From positions 11,714,415 through 11,778,414 of the forward strand of contig CM082582.2 in assembly GCA_040954595.2 (NCBI GenBank): 64,000 bases of DNA. Reading direction: 5' to 3'. The notes under the pieces are model-generated. The model had not been told where the DNA came from. It was given only the letters and a program-made list of their open reading frames with translations, and made no database searches. Below are positions 46,501 to 61,600 of the stretch, piece by piece. The DNA comes from Balanoglossus misakiensis. Taxonomy: Eukaryota > Animalia > Hemichordata. Numbering within the stretch: the stretch's first letter is position 1; each line of letters opens with the position of its first letter. Made by a program: the position numbers and the translations under genes.

Positions 46501-49500
46501 CGTTATTTTCGCTTTTCGGCGGTCTTCCCGCGAGGGAGGCGGTGCTGGCATGGATACCGTTGCCAAGGGTTCCCTTGTCGGTAGTCAATCGATTGCATTG
46601 ACCCCATTAGATGTAAATCAAATTGATATGACGCGATTGGAAAAAAAACCTATTTTATGTAATACTTTTATCGGTCATAAGTAATTTGTTCACTCAAGAA
46701 TACCACAGAGAGGACGGAGGACGAGCTATCGTTCATGAGATGAATATTTCACGATATCTTTTTGTCACGTGAAGAATCGATGATGATTTTTAAACGATGA
46801 GCTAATCATCGTAGTAGAATAATAAATAACTCTTGAAGAAACATCAACAACTTGAAACCCTGGCAAGTTATCAAAGATCTCGTGGCTGAGTTAATAAGAA
46901 GAATAGTAAGTGGAGTCATAATGATCAAATAGAAGTGTGTCGGTCGCCTTGAGTCTACTTGTCTGAAGGTTACTAAGATACACAGGCATGCGCGTCATAC
47001 AGAAGACTTCTACTGGTGACTTGTACGCATGCGTGTTAGGTGTACTGTGGAATGACTGTTAATGAATCGTAGAATCCTGACTTTTATACGTTTATATCCT
47101 TAACACCACATTTATTCTTTCGGGGTAGTCTTATTTCACCATGATGATGAAGAAAGGAATGGCAGAGAAGCGATCAGGAATTAATATTCAACCAGTGTCC
47201 GAATGAACTCAGTAAACCTTGAACTTTGTGTGGTTTCCTTAGAAACGAATTTTAATTGCTCCCTCCGACTGTTAAGTCAAAAATATCATTGATTATGACT
47301 TGATGAGTCTTGTTAGATTGTCACGAACTGTCATTACTTTGCATGCCGTCGCCATGGAGACAAATCTGTAAATAGGCAGAATCATTTATTCATTTCGTAA
47401 CGAATGTATATTTAACATGGCGTCAATGGAACACCGCTATTCATGGGATTCCGCCATTTTGCTGACAATTCCAACATTTGATGAAATTATCGGCTGTGGG
47501 CAAAAAAAGCTAGTAAATTTGGGAGAAATTTGCATTTATAAAGTCTGTCCTAATATGTTTGCTTGTGGAAAGAGAAAAAAGAGTTTGTTTGTAAAACATT
47601 CAGCATTGTACTGGCTCTTTCACATCAGAAGAAAGTCGGAAACTGTTCTAGCATTGCCGAGGGTAATTTGTAACAATGGGTCATTTTGGAATTTCTGTCC
47701 AGACTTCAAGACGACATTCCGTGCTGTGAACTTATTGCTGTTGTATGCAGACAAGCGTTCAGCGAGGCTTTGAGTTAACTCTGATGCTATGTGACGATCT
47801 TACAGCTGTTGTTCTGCGCTTTCACGCTGTTTGGATCTCACAGAATTTCCGCCCACAAATTTCATCGGGTTGCACGACTTTTCACTTCCGAATGGAGCTT
47901 CCTTTCAATGGAGAAGATCGGATTCACGTGTGTAACGAGATATTCTCACTTTTTTATCGATTTCTGTTAACAGTGAACTTAGAACGAGAGAAACCGATAT
48001 GAACATTTCAAGCGAAGTTGACCAGTGACTTGCGTGAAATGAAGCTTGGTCGTTTGGCTTTACACGGACATGACTTAGTCCGAGTCAGACCCTCGGGTGA
48101 AGGTCAACGTCGTCTCTCTTAAATTCTGATGCTCAACGACAGATCCCTCTGCTCTAGGGCATGGCGTAAGGATAATAGATTCTTGATAGTGTACACGTTT
48201 GCCGTGTCTTATGCGTAGTCACTGGTGATCAAAATCGATAACAACTATCCACACATCATACCTTGCCTTGCCTGTTCACGACATAGACTTTGTTCATTGC
48301 CGTTTAACGAGGAACGGCTGTGGGCATATATGGTCTTTGGTTTTTAAAAATAGCCTAACAAATGGGTGTTAGCAGACCTGCTTTTGAAAGCTGGGTCGAT
48401 TTATCTTCATTAAACGTTAGTAAGAGTAATGTATGTCATCTCGACGGTCCAAATTTAGATTCAACAAAATGTGCGAGGGATTAAAGAGTTGCTGAGTTTT
48501 TGTGGAAATTGTCTCGTAAAAACAGAGAGACAGACAGACGATGGGTGGAAAGAGCGGGCAGACATGCGAATCAAAGCGCCTGATCCAGATCCTTGCGACA
48601 GAGATAGATGGCTGATGAGCGAAAATAAAATAAATGACAAGCGACCACCTTATTGAGTAACGTAAACAGCAATTATATATTAATTCACTCAAGTTGCGAA
48701 TGTACTTTTGTCATATTTTCATCAAATTTACAGATGACGCGTGAAGAATATGCGACTTTTGTCGACATAATTGGAAATTTCTACTCTCGTGTGATATTCG
48801 TGATTTTTGTCGATATAATTGAGTATTTCTAATCACGGATGGTTTATGCAGATTGACACTTTTATTTTATTCATCATGGCCATCAACTACAATCAGTCAA
48901 TCATTGTTCGGACACATGTCACTACACTGGAGAGGGACTTGTCATGGTGCGCGTATGTCCTTAAACGCGTATAGACCATGGATGTTGAAATTGTCTCATT
49001 TCAAATTTCCAAAACAACTTTACTCGGCTGGGAATCACGATTTCAGATATCACAATATATCAAAAAATAATAGATGGCTCCGCGACGAAACTGAACCACT
49101 TTCTGAATGCGCTTACATGTCATCACACTTTCAAACGATAAAAAGCCAGAGTAATCGAATTGTCTCCCAAACGGAAGATGCTTTTCTGTGGAAAAGAAAA
49201 CAACGCGGAATTCATAACATGAGAACACAATGAGCAGCGACACGCCGTGAAAACTCGCCACTTTAGAGCTGAGCTGATAAAGCCCGAGATATTCACCGCA
49301 AAGTCGGTCATCATTTTAATTCAATCACCGAAGCCACGCAGAAGAAAGCCCTGTGATGATACGCCTCACAATACCGATGTATTTGTATATAGATGCAAAA
49401 TGCAGTTAAAAGCCTTTTACAAATGCGTTTTCTCAGTTCATCAATGAGGTTTGCAACAATCGCCGGGTATATAGTGAAAGGCGTTCCACGATGTATATTA

Positions 49501-52500
49501 TCCAGTAACTCGCAGCACTACGATTCTGCACGTATCAGCGACGGCTCTCGCAGCGCTTGGCGAGTTTAATTACGAGACATGTCGACACAGCGACGGACTG
49601 CGCCATTAGCTGAGGATTTGTGAAAGTTGTACTTCTAAGTTCGGTGACCCTGGTTTGTCTTTCTTCCCAGCGTTCATTTCCGGTGTCCTCTTAAAGACAA
49701 CGCGGGACGATAAATCGATCCATACGCGCTGGTTTCCATAAATCACCCTAGCTCACTGATTTGAAAATATATCATTGCCCTGTTGACTGGGAGATAAAAA
49801 TTCAATTTCTCTATTTCCAAAGGATGCGTTCTTCACCTTCCTACAAAACGGCAAAAGCCTTTGATTTCATTAATAAATTTATCGAAATTGTGAATTTTCC
49901 TACATTGCTGGAGATTGCATCTACTAATTTGAGCGCACTTTAATGAAATTTGAAGATAAACTTTCCATTTTGTCCAAATTAACTCAGGGTATGCGCCCAG
50001 ATAAAGTTCGCATCGTCGTGACATCGATAAATTCTGAACGATACGTGCTTGAAAGGGGACTAAAGCAACATCGTAGATTAGTCCAATCAAACGGGTAAAA
50101 ATCTTTAAGGCGGTCGGCAGTGGCCTGTTTCCCTGACAACGGCGCGTGAAGCCCTGGTTTTCCCTATGAACAGGCAAAATAAATGCGTGTTCGTGATGTC
50201 GAGGATCGTGCCAATTGTAAGTCGTGAGTCGCCAAAACGAAGGCGCCGGCACGACAATTTTCGCCGCGGTTGCGTTTTTCACTCCGCTTAATTCCTAGAA
50301 ATTTCAATCTTGGATATGTGAATTATCAGAACAAGATGAATGCTTGCAACAACATGTTCTGATATTTATCGGGACAGCTTCTGGAATTGTCTACTATTTG
50401 CTAACTACATATTTAGTGCCTCCGATTTCAACTGGTGTTACTGAGTGTTAGTCGGACTGTCAACCCGAAGAAAGTTTTGTAAATAAAAAGGATAGATTTT
50501 TAGACATCAATTCAACGTCACCAGATTATGCTAATTGTAAAACCCCTAAAACGATGGGCGTCAGCTGTACACGTACATGGCTATCGAATTAACCCTAAAG
50601 CTACGGTTTTAGTTTTATTGTAAAGGCGAAAAAACAAGCAGTCTTTGTTACCAATGATTACGTACTAGCAGCAGGTGAGATGCACTATCATTGCCTACGG
50701 AATAAAGGATACCGACTGTTGAACGTTTAAAATGGTGTAGTATTCGCTTGCCACAAATTCTGTTATGTCCAGAGCACAATCACATCGATTGCATTCGCGT
50801 TAAGAGTACACTTGGCATTTTATTGGCCTCATTTAATTTAAATTTGCCATCCTTGTGGGCAAAACGAGATGCTCGACCCGATCAAATGTAAACTGTTCCG
50901 CTTGAAAAACATCTGCCACTTTCATGTAGCTACGTCACAGAGAGTGAACATTGTGGCCGGTTATCGTGAATGGCTTCGTGTATTCTCCGTCTGTCGGTGA
51001 TAACGCGTTGACAGGGAAGAATGTTTCGAGTGATTAAGTAGCGCCAGAGACCCACCTGTGTCAACCATTATGAAACTTCCAGTGTCTGGAGAATGATTTT
51101 AAAAACACATCCACAACAAATCGTTTATGTTCGTTTATATTCTAAATGGAATTATTCCCGCTTGAAGCAACGTGCACCCAGTATTAAATACCGGGATTTT
51201 GAACGGTTCGGCGTTGAAAAAGCCTTTAGTGTTATTTTTATTGGATATGCGCCATTTTGAAATGGTAGAAAGAGAATGCCTCCGTATTCAGATATTGCAA
51301 AGAACAAGCTAGGCTGTAAAATATCACTGGCTCCCTTGATTAAAGTTGACAGGATCGACAAATCTGTCAATTACTAGTTTATCAATTAGGTGTAAGAACA
51401 ACCCCGCTTTTCTCATAAAAAAGAAAACGTTTCCTTCCGTTCCCCGCCGGAAGTAATCAGTTCATTTGCCGCCTTTTATCAAAAGATATGCTAATGTGAC
51501 GAGATGTGACATTCTCGCAGTTTGTATCACAACTTGAAGTTAAGAGCGATGATGTGCATTCAGCTACGCAACAATGGGCACTGCATTTATAAGACAACAA
51601 ATCAATACATTTAAAGTGTTAGTCATTTGTCCTGACCAGACCCTCATGTGTTACCACAACTACGCCATCATGGATGGATGGATGGGTGGGATTAGTCGGC
51701 GGGATTGGTGGAAAAGACACAACTCCCACGGAACACAGGCAACCATTATCGACCACTCCCGTGACACGAAATACAATGTAGTCGTTAGGAATTAAAAAAA
51801 ACATTACTCAGTAGATGAGACACGTTAAAATTAACAGCAAAGGATTGCCCTCGTCGCTAATCGTAAAATCAATGAAACACGTGTCCACACGAATAATGTG
51901 ATAAATGATTCAGAATAATTATAGTCACCACAGTCACATGCATTCTTACAGAGCATTTCTTCTGTTTCAATATTTACTTATTTGAATGACAAAACGTCCA
52001 CCTTGACCAAATAAATGCGCAGTTAGTATTTTATTTACAGTTATGAAGAGTCCTTTACGGACCATTAAATCGCGTAATATGCCCTCGGGGAGCCATGGTC
52101 TGGTCTCTCAAGTCATAACTAACGCGAACTGCGTATTTGTGATTTCTACAGATGTATGACTGTGTTAAAGTGTTTGAAAATTCTGCCGGGCAGCGCGACG
52201 CGCGATGCTTTTGACGAGCCGTGTTGTTAGCATTAGTGACCCGTGAGGCAACGCAGTCACGGAAGGCGAAGACTCGCTAATTTGCAATTACGCGGAACGA
52301 CCCTGCCTTCAGGAACAGTCCGGGATCTAGTTACTGTAACGACGTTACTTATAATACGTGTGGAATTATATAGTACTCCTGACCATAGCTGCCAATGTTG
52401 CAACCTCAATCCGAGGAGCGAACTGTTTATACAGGAAAATGGCTTGTTCACTGACAAGACCCGCTTGAAAGACAAAATTCTCAGGATGAAGCACTTGAAA

Positions 52501-55500
52501 ATAAAATACATACAATCATCTCTACTGAATATTTATGGACTTATACATTATATAACGCCACTCCCTCGCGAAGCACTTATGCACTTTCTCCTTCTGACTT
52601 TCGTTTTCCATTTTCGGTGATAAAATCTGGAACGCAACAAAAGCCTATCATTTAAATATTGAACAAGGTCGGCAGGTCGAGTCAACCCTTTTCAGCCGAG
52701 CATATTGTTTCCGCTTGGAAAATCGTCGAGGGAGATGTGCTTGGCTTTAGATTCATTTAGTTAGTCACTTCATAGTGTCATTAAAGCTGCACGAAATCTT
52801 TGCAACTGGGCGGTGCTTTCTGGCGACGGATGAACTCGCTCTCTCTTGGGACCCAGGCATTAAACTAACAGTCACATATCCGAAGAGCGTCGTGCCGTGC
52901 AGGCAATTTAGAATATTGCAACGGACGTGTGTTACAAATGCACACGGATGCAAAGTTCAAGGGCGGTGATTGCATTGTTATTACTGGTAAAAAGCTGAAA
53001 ATAACTGCACTGCTTGTAAAAACACGAGGAGTTGGTATGGAAACAGAGTAAATTGAGAGTACAATCACAGTCCCGCTATGGACTGTGGTACAATAAAGAC
53101 ATGTTTCGTGTCTACTTGTGCCGTGTAGAAAAGGTCCGGCAGAATCTAACCCCATAAGCATATGAGTTTCCAATAATACATCAGCGTTAACAAAAGGTTG
53201 TCACCAATCTTGTTTAAGTTCACTTGAAACAGTTTTACTTCCTTCGCATGAATGTAACCACGTTTTCAACTGACAATTGTCACGGTAATAAACCATGAAA
53301 CTACTACAGGGGGAGATATTAATTGACCGTTTCTGGAGACATTAAACACAATATCCCCGTGCAAAGGAGAAAGTTAATTTACGTGCAAAGAATTTACAAC
53401 GAGCTTCAGCTTTCGCATCGCCACACAGAGACGAGACGACCCAGAAATGAGATTCTCCGCGTAGCATTTTTATGTTATTTGCCCATCTGATTAAAAGCTG
53501 CGTTATTGTTAATATGAAAACTAAAATTAATACGACATCTAAATTGGTGTTAACATACATTTCTACAGCTTCAAATATGACATTAATTTGCAAATTGCTA
53601 CTACGAGCTCAACTACGCAAGGGCAGACAGACAGACGCTCTCTGTCTGTGTGTCTCCCTCTCTCTGTCTGTTCGTCTCTGTCCTTGTCTATCTCTCTCCG
53701 CCTGTCACATATTAAGCATCTTCTCTCAGTCGCGCGCAGATGGAGTAAATCCGCGTGCAATGTGAGTGAACCTCGCATTTACTAGCTTTGTTTGAAAAGC
53801 GGATTCCACATTCTATCGCCGTCGTTTAACACAAATTGGTTCCGTCGGATTGCTGTTTCCCGACAAACGACGCGGTCGATTCGATTTCTTGTTCTCGGCA
53901 TCGTTAGCAACAAACCAATAAGACACATATAGCCAATACCACGACTGCATCGCCCAGAAATTCAATAAAAAGTGTGTGCGTACATGCACATTAGTGGGTA
54001 CCAAGAATGGTAATCAATAAACTCAAAACAATTAACGTCGTAATACTTGCCGATCGTCTGTGCACCTGAGCACCATTATATCGGCTGTGTTCGACAAACA
54101 TCGACTCGCTTCGACAGTAATTCAGTTTCCGTCCGACAGCGAACCATCATTTCGGGTTTCGCCGTCTCGCAAATGACTTCAGATAAACTCAATTGCCCTT
54201 GAATTCTCGTCTTTTCTCCAGAAATGAAACACACCGTCATGTGAAACATTACTCATAAAGTGACAAACTTTGAGCGGAATTGACAATCATGACGTTTAAC
54301 CGATTCAAGGTCACCCTCCACAAAGATCATGAGCTCGGATTTTATCTGAATGCCAACGCGGCTTAATGCACTTTTCCTTATAGTTTTTATTTGGTGTGTG
54401 TGCCTACACATTACGCTGGTTTGGCGCGCTTTTAAGCACAGACACGTTTATAGTCGTGTTACTCTAAGAACAAACGGCAGAAGATGGGAACGGACAGTCG
54501 AGCGGACATTAAATGGAGCTAAGTGATGGACGGCGATACATCCGCCGCGTGCTCCATTCATACGTGTCACTTCTCATCAAAGTTTCTGGGGAAATCCCTT
54601 AATGCGCTTAAGACACGATATTAGCGCCAATTGACAAGGGAAATGACCTGGAAATAGTTATGATCCCTGGAACGGAAATCTAATTCTACAAAAGATACCC
54701 CTTTGTGTAAAGGAGATCAGAAAACGTTTTATTGATTTAAGGCAAGAAAACGCTACGCACGCGAACGAAAACTCGCCTGATTCTTGAGAATTTCTCCTTG
54801 CTTCGGACGGGTACACTTGTTGCGAAAATAGCACCACGCCATATCCACGTCACGTGATCGATCGACGACGTCACAGTGGCTGCAAAAAATACAGAAGCAT
54901 AGTGATGATTTGACCTCGCGACCTAACTTTTATGGGTATAAAAGAGAAGTTCGTGCAGTTTGGCCAAAATCTCATTTTCTGGTCCTTTGAGGAGTCTCAT
55001 TAAAGTTCTCCTGACCTCATGTGACGCACGCACGAATTTTCTTTGAGAATATCCTGTATTGGTCGAGCATTACGCATACCCTGCCATTTCCCCCCTGCAA
55101 CTTCATATTGATCCAAGATATGGTTTAAGGCGAAAATATTCGTGCTATGCTTTCCGAAACAGGGGCAACTCGCCTCTGATAAAAAACAATCTTGCAGCGA
55201 AATACAATATCCTGGCTTCTTTACACCAAGGAACCAGATGTATCGGTTCTCAAGGCGAGTCTTTTCATCCACCAGAAAAGAAACGTTTCTGTCAACTAAC
55301 GCGGTATCACTAACGCCAATTTATGAGGCAGAAACAATTTTACTCGATTGATTTCCCTAGCTAGAATAGACTCCCACTGTAATAATGAAAAGAAACGCAC
55401 ACAAAGAGATCCTTTTTCTGATCGTGGTCAAAATCAATGTTCTCCGCTTTGCTTAACTTCCACTCTTAAGTACCTTCAACAGAGGATCGACTGCTTTACA

Positions 55501-58500
55501 CTTTTAAAAAATATCGCTAACGGGAGCATTTAGAAAGGGAAAAACAGAAGGAGGTTTGTTTTCTATTGGAATAGATTTCCTTTCATTCTGTAAGGATTAG
55601 CAATATTAATCTTCGCTGATCCGTATTGGTTTCACTCAACAGAATGACCTTTGTCCCCTGTCTGCGAAGCTTGCTTCTTTGCTTTTCAATTTTTATTGCC
55701 TACGTAATCTCCTTCGACGTTAAGTGTTTCTTAATGTTTTAGACGGTATTGCTCACAGTGCATTATTTTTTTTTCATTTTGAAAGAAATATTACAATGAA
55801 TTTTGCATCGTTTTGCCATTCGATACTGTCTCGCGAGAATCAGTATCGCAAAAAAGCTCGGTGCAATTCTGTTTTAAAAGATTTATATTAATCACCAATA
55901 AACGCACGTCACCATAAAGATGCACAGACATTTCAGAAATCCGATGGCGACCCCATTTAAAATAACTTGAAATTTATTGAGAGAAAAAAAATCAACTGGA
56001 ATTATGCTCGGTAATCGAGGGGATTGTTATGCAATAAGTTATTTTACAATGACCTTGTGTCAATTGAAAATTGCTTGCAAATCGAGTCTAAACGCGTAAA
56101 CGTGCTTGCCGACAAACACGACACAAATTGCTGAAGTCACTGCGGAGATTTGCCTTTCACATATGTTTAATTAACCTGTCTCCTGGGTGGACCGATTGTG
56201 ACCCCGTATGTAGATGATGAATTATAGGACGGTTTTTGTACGGGCGTCCTTAACTTTGCGGTTAGTCTTCGCTCATTCTTTGACGACTCGCGTTTACGTT
56301 ACCAGTAATCTTGCAAGAGACCCTAAATTTTTCCATTGTTTTTGCTATTCCGCATACGCACCGCTAATGACAACAGTCTTGGCGTGCTGCCTTGGGGTAC
56401 GGGCTATATTAAGTCTTGTGGGAGTACCCAGTTTGAAGAACGTGTACAATTATGAGTCCCCGATGCGTCGTCCCCGGTAGATACGCAGTCATCTCCCTCT
56501 GACTGACTATCGATGAAGGCGGTGCGCTCCGCAAATACGGCCGTTGGATTAATACAAATTGCAGTCGATACCAACACAGACATCCTAATAGCTTCGTCAA
56601 TACTATTTACTGTCAATTTAGAAGCAAGGCAGAGATACAGGACATGGAGGCCCGGCATCATCGAAGTTCACAAAATGAAAACTGAATTGGTTGTCGGGTA
56701 CGGGGAGAGGGATGTTTGTGACGTTCGCCGAGTTTTCTTCCCCTTCTCGATCTTGCTAACAAACAAATAATAACTACATCACTCATCAGTCTTCATTTGG
56801 CGTTTGTACTTTGATGTTGAATTTTGAGTGGTTGAACCTCCTCTATAAAGTCTTGCAAGTAGGCTGAACACGTAACTATGGTGTCCCGCGCTCGAATGCC
56901 AATCATCAACCGACGCGGCGTCCAAATAAATAAATCATATCACGAAGCAAAAGCAACCAAGATAATATCTAAAGAAAGTGTTTGCACATTTTAAATATTT
57001 GGCTCAAAATGCCAAAAGTTGGCAGTTTAATTTCCAAATACTGCTCATTCCTCGTTAAGGTGCATTACTTGGCCGCTTCACGTCGACTCAAAATATCTCG
57101 GGGTGCCGTTTGCAATTACATTGTGTGGCAAATGTCGCGAGCTGTTAGTAATTGCGGTCTGCCAACATGACGGCGAACGGGTGCTAACCAATGCTTGAAA
57201 TACAAAAAAGTTGTTACTCGTTCTCTTGGGAACAGACATGTTCATATCGCTGAGGCAACACTCTGTACTGTTTCTGAAATGCTCATCTGTAACTTGTGTT
57301 TCGTTTTAGTGTCAAAAATTTCCAAGTTGATGAAATGATTGCTTCTCAGATATAGTTGGGATTATAACTTGATGCCTGTTCCCCACGGTCTATATTTGCG
57401 ATATATTGGACATTTATTTAAACAAACGAGTCTGTCAAACCACTGACTGATGACGTGGAAACTCATCCACTGAAATACGCAGCAACGATATTGGTCCATC
57501 CGTCACGATCTCTTGATTGTGTAGAGAATATCTTTTAACATGTCAAATGAAGGGTATTATGTCTTTGCAGTTGTAAATTCTCAGCTTTGAGACATTTTCT
57601 TTTCCTTCAAGTGAGAGCTACGCTGACGTCTCCTGTCTGTTTCGTTTAATATCACACCCTCGGAGACGCGGAGAAAACTTTCAGATATTAACGGCGATAA
57701 TGGTGTGACACGGTCGCTGTTAAGCGTCCCAAGTGCCCGTTCCATTACAGCTTGTATTTCCAGCAACTAATCACCCGTGTCTACATTTCAACATGGCGTG
57801 ACAGGCTCTCGACCTGTTTCCATTTTGCGCGGCACCTGTAAGTGATCCCTGCTGTGTGCACCTGGCATTCCCGTGCAACGACAAAAGCAGGCGACGTGCT
57901 CATGCGAGACTTTGACCTCTTATCGTCGGCTGGTTTCGTATATATGCAATCTGGGTGATTCTTAATCTCGACGTGATCAGTTCAAGCGAGCGAAAAATCC
58001 ACCCAGCTTCAGAAACGTTATCTGCTTCCAAAACTCGAACGGAAGTAGAATGAGTATGGATGAGATATACTGATGATGCAGTGTGAAGGCAGGTGTGAAG
58101 GGCAAAAAGTGGACGCGTCGACGATGCAACCTTTAGCCTCTGAGGTGTACAGCTCGTGATAACATGGAGAAACAGTTTCAGAACATGAACATTTTTACCG
58201 CATTCAAGTCAACTTTCTAGCTAAATGAACTTGAAGTCACATACAATCCTTTGAGCGAAAGCTCGCTGAGTTAAAGGCTCTGTATGCCGTGTGTGATGTT
58301 TAGGCCCTATACGGCACGTTCGGGCGTGGTTCTTACAACTGGCAACTATTGTACAGTCGCCATCTTTTCTCGGGATTACCGCAATCTTTCAGACATGGCT
58401 TACTGTTCTCAGCGAAGTTGTAAGACGCATGCCCTCAGGTGTAGTGAAGTCTGTCATTTTGCCTATATTACAGTAATGACCTCTCATGGCTATTATCGTG

Positions 58501-58539
58501 CCAGTCAAATGCGACCCTTATTCGAGGCTACGACGACTG

Positions 58540-58626
58540 CGCTCCCTCCGTCTCCCTCCCCCCTCTCTTTCTTCCTCCCTCCCTCCCTCCACCTCTCTCT
58601 CCTCACTCCCCCCTCCCTCTCTCTCA
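58540..58626. repeat. C/T-rich low-complexity tract (purine- and G-rich on the minus strand)
   Basis: A near-pure pyrimidine run with repeated CCCT units. Confidence 0.7.
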
Positions 58627-61600
58627 CGCAGCTGATAGCTAGCATGAAATCCTCATGAACATGGCAGGTGCCATTTAACCTTTCATGAGATAAACCTACT
58701 TCCATTGAATTTGACTACTCTGGCTTTATGAATGCCATAAAAAATATTGCAGGTGATAAGCACTCGTGTGATTGCCACTGATGCCTGTTAACATTCAACG
58801 ACCGTCACGACTATGTTTTGTTGGAGCAACTTGCCATTCATGGGAGTGTTAGCAGCTCGCGATAAGCTCCACTGTTCATGCATATGGCGAAGACATTTCT
58901 TGTGATATCCGGTGCTTATACTTAGACTATCTTTCACTCGCGAAATGTCAAAATGAAAGATTGACCCCCGCCCCGGGAGAACTCCTCGGCGAACCTATAT
59001 TCGGCGGACAACATCTCGGACAATCGACCGGCGAAGCTTCCGTCGGTTCTATGGGAGAGACTTAAACGAGAGTCAAGTCATCTTATGCAGTGCTATACAC
59101 ACAGAAGACGTGGAGACAGTATCGGCTTATCGTAGCGGTGACGTGAAAGAAATCTTAATAGCATCCCCGGAGGCTTACGGCTTACTCTCTCCTATTGATA
59201 GCTCCACCCGGGAAAAACAATTTACCGACCGGGACGGCACACTTGTTAGACGTCGAGCAAAGATGATTCAGGGGCAATTTAAATTAATGTTGCCGGTCAT
59301 AAAGAAGCTTGTTAACGACTCCTAGGCGGACGGTTTCCACACCAGAGGACATAAACAAGTTTTCGGTCTCATATGGCTCTATATTAGAGGGTCGTGTCGC
59401 AACTGAGAAATCTGCCATTTTCAGAAATTGGAAAATGGCATCGCTCAAAGTTTAGCTTACTGCCCTAACAACTGTACAAGTTTGAACTCCTCATGAGTTT
59501 TGATGCAGACAAATTTAAAGTCGATCTGTATCACCCCAGCTACCAAGTGCCATATTGTAGGTGTCGCCAGTAACACGAGCATGACGCAACCGCTAATTTA
59601 TCACCACATAATGGCGGCCATATTTATGAACCTGTCGGCAGATTCTGCAAGAATCACATTTTGTTGTCCCCACGTGGATTTCACCTGCCTTATCGCGATT
59701 CTTTGCTATCAACCGAATGTAATTATCATAACTCATAATCTTTTCAAGAAGAAACGCGTGCATCTTTTATCTTTGTGTGAACAACGTTGATTTACGAGTC
59801 GAGGTGGCAGAATATGTTGGTGGTATAGGTTTCGCCAATGGGGTGGCGCTGCTGCAGTTGAATTATTGATCATTGTACTATTAGACATATCGGGAAGGTT
59901 ACATTATTCTAAGTGGAAATGCTTCATTGCACTATATGGCCAGCAAGCGGCAATTTATGGCAATGCTAATGAGTAGACACCATAAAACACAAGGCAATTA
60001 TGACATGATAACGAGGTCAACGATATTAATTTCTTATTAGGGATTTCAAATAGAATCTCCAGGCAAGATACAAAATAAAATAAGTTGATTCGTTTCATTC
60101 AAACATACACTTTGAACGCATCGACTCAGAACATTCTTAATATTTTATTTGAAGTTTTGAGTTTTTTGCCAGATGTGGGTTCAAAGTATGCAGTCGCAGG
60201 ATAGCTGACGGGTAACAATTAATCTTTCAAAACACAACACGCCTTATCAGGCTGGCGATGCAACCAATAATTTATGTTGCCGACGGGTTTGATGACTTTT
60301 GAAAAAAGCCTTGTATTGGAATATTTCAGGAAGATGCTTAATCCGGTCTACGTTATCTCGTCACTTGGCTGTGTTTTAGCGAGAAATGCGTGACGGCAAT
60401 CGCTTTCGGAAACCACGGTTCTGATCGAGAAGTGGCGCTCATGTTTGTGTACGATGGGTAATTTTAATCTCAACCATCACCGGATTATTTTAATCGCAAC
60501 AGCCACTCCGGCGATATTAATCCGCGTCTCGTGACATGTAGGCCTACCAACAGATGAACATCTCGCCCGTAGCGATGAATCGAGCATACTTTTAATTTCG
60601 GAATTCTCTCCCACTCATATACATGTGCATCCTGCGGCGGCGTATTTGCCTCCTTGGCGCGACCATTGATAAGCGTTGCAACAAAATATCCTTAAGCTAC
60701 AGGTAGCGCGCACACAAACAGAAAGTATATGGAGTGAAATATTTAAGACACGGAAATACGATTGGAACTTCAGAGAAAACAAGATGGAGGTATTTTTGTC
60801 CTCTTTATCACGACTCCGCGTGATTCAGATAACTGCTATCGCATTCATACTGATTGGGCTATGCACTATATCATGCTTCCCCCATAAAACTAATTTTTGT
60901 AAACGCTCGAAAAACGAATTTGAATATTATCGGGTAATTTGTCGAAGGGTAATGACATTTAAAGTTGTCTGGGGGTTCACTCGAGTTTGCCAATGGAGTC
61001 GGAATACGGGTGAGGGCGGGTCTGCATGGTAATCGGGAGAAATGCTTTAAATTGTTCTAATAAACAGCATTACAAACTCTTTCCTCTCATAATTGATGAA
61101 GTTGAACACTTACTGTAAGAACAGAACGCAGCAGTCAGTCCACGTTCATCCGGGACCTTCATATACCCGATCCATGCAAATGAGACCAGAAATTGTGTCG
61201 CGCAAACGTACTGTAATGTTCACCTACAAAAAATGGACGAGAACAGGTAAATCAGCTTTTTTAAACGAAATATCAATGGTTGACATGTTTGATTACTATG
61301 GCTACCAGACAGGAAATCAGCAAAGAGGGGCGCGTAAGAGAACGTGTACTCGTAAAACTCGGTGAAACGAAGCATGAAACGCGAATTTCTTTTTAATATG
61401 TCTCTGTGGTCATCGACAAGTGGGCGGGACGGGACATCATCTGTAATGGACACACTCTTGCGCGGATCGCAAATGTAGTAATGGTTATTGCGATCACGTT
61501 CCTCTGGAGATAACGCAGTGGAGTAATGAACTGCGTGCGTAACACAGGAGCGATTCAATTCCAAGGTCATAGGTCATCTTATCTTTGTTCGCATAATGTG

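Noticed and set aside
48757-48831. Imperfect duplication of TTTTGTCGA.ATAATTG...TTTCTA
   Set aside because: A two-copy local duplication with no sign of function.
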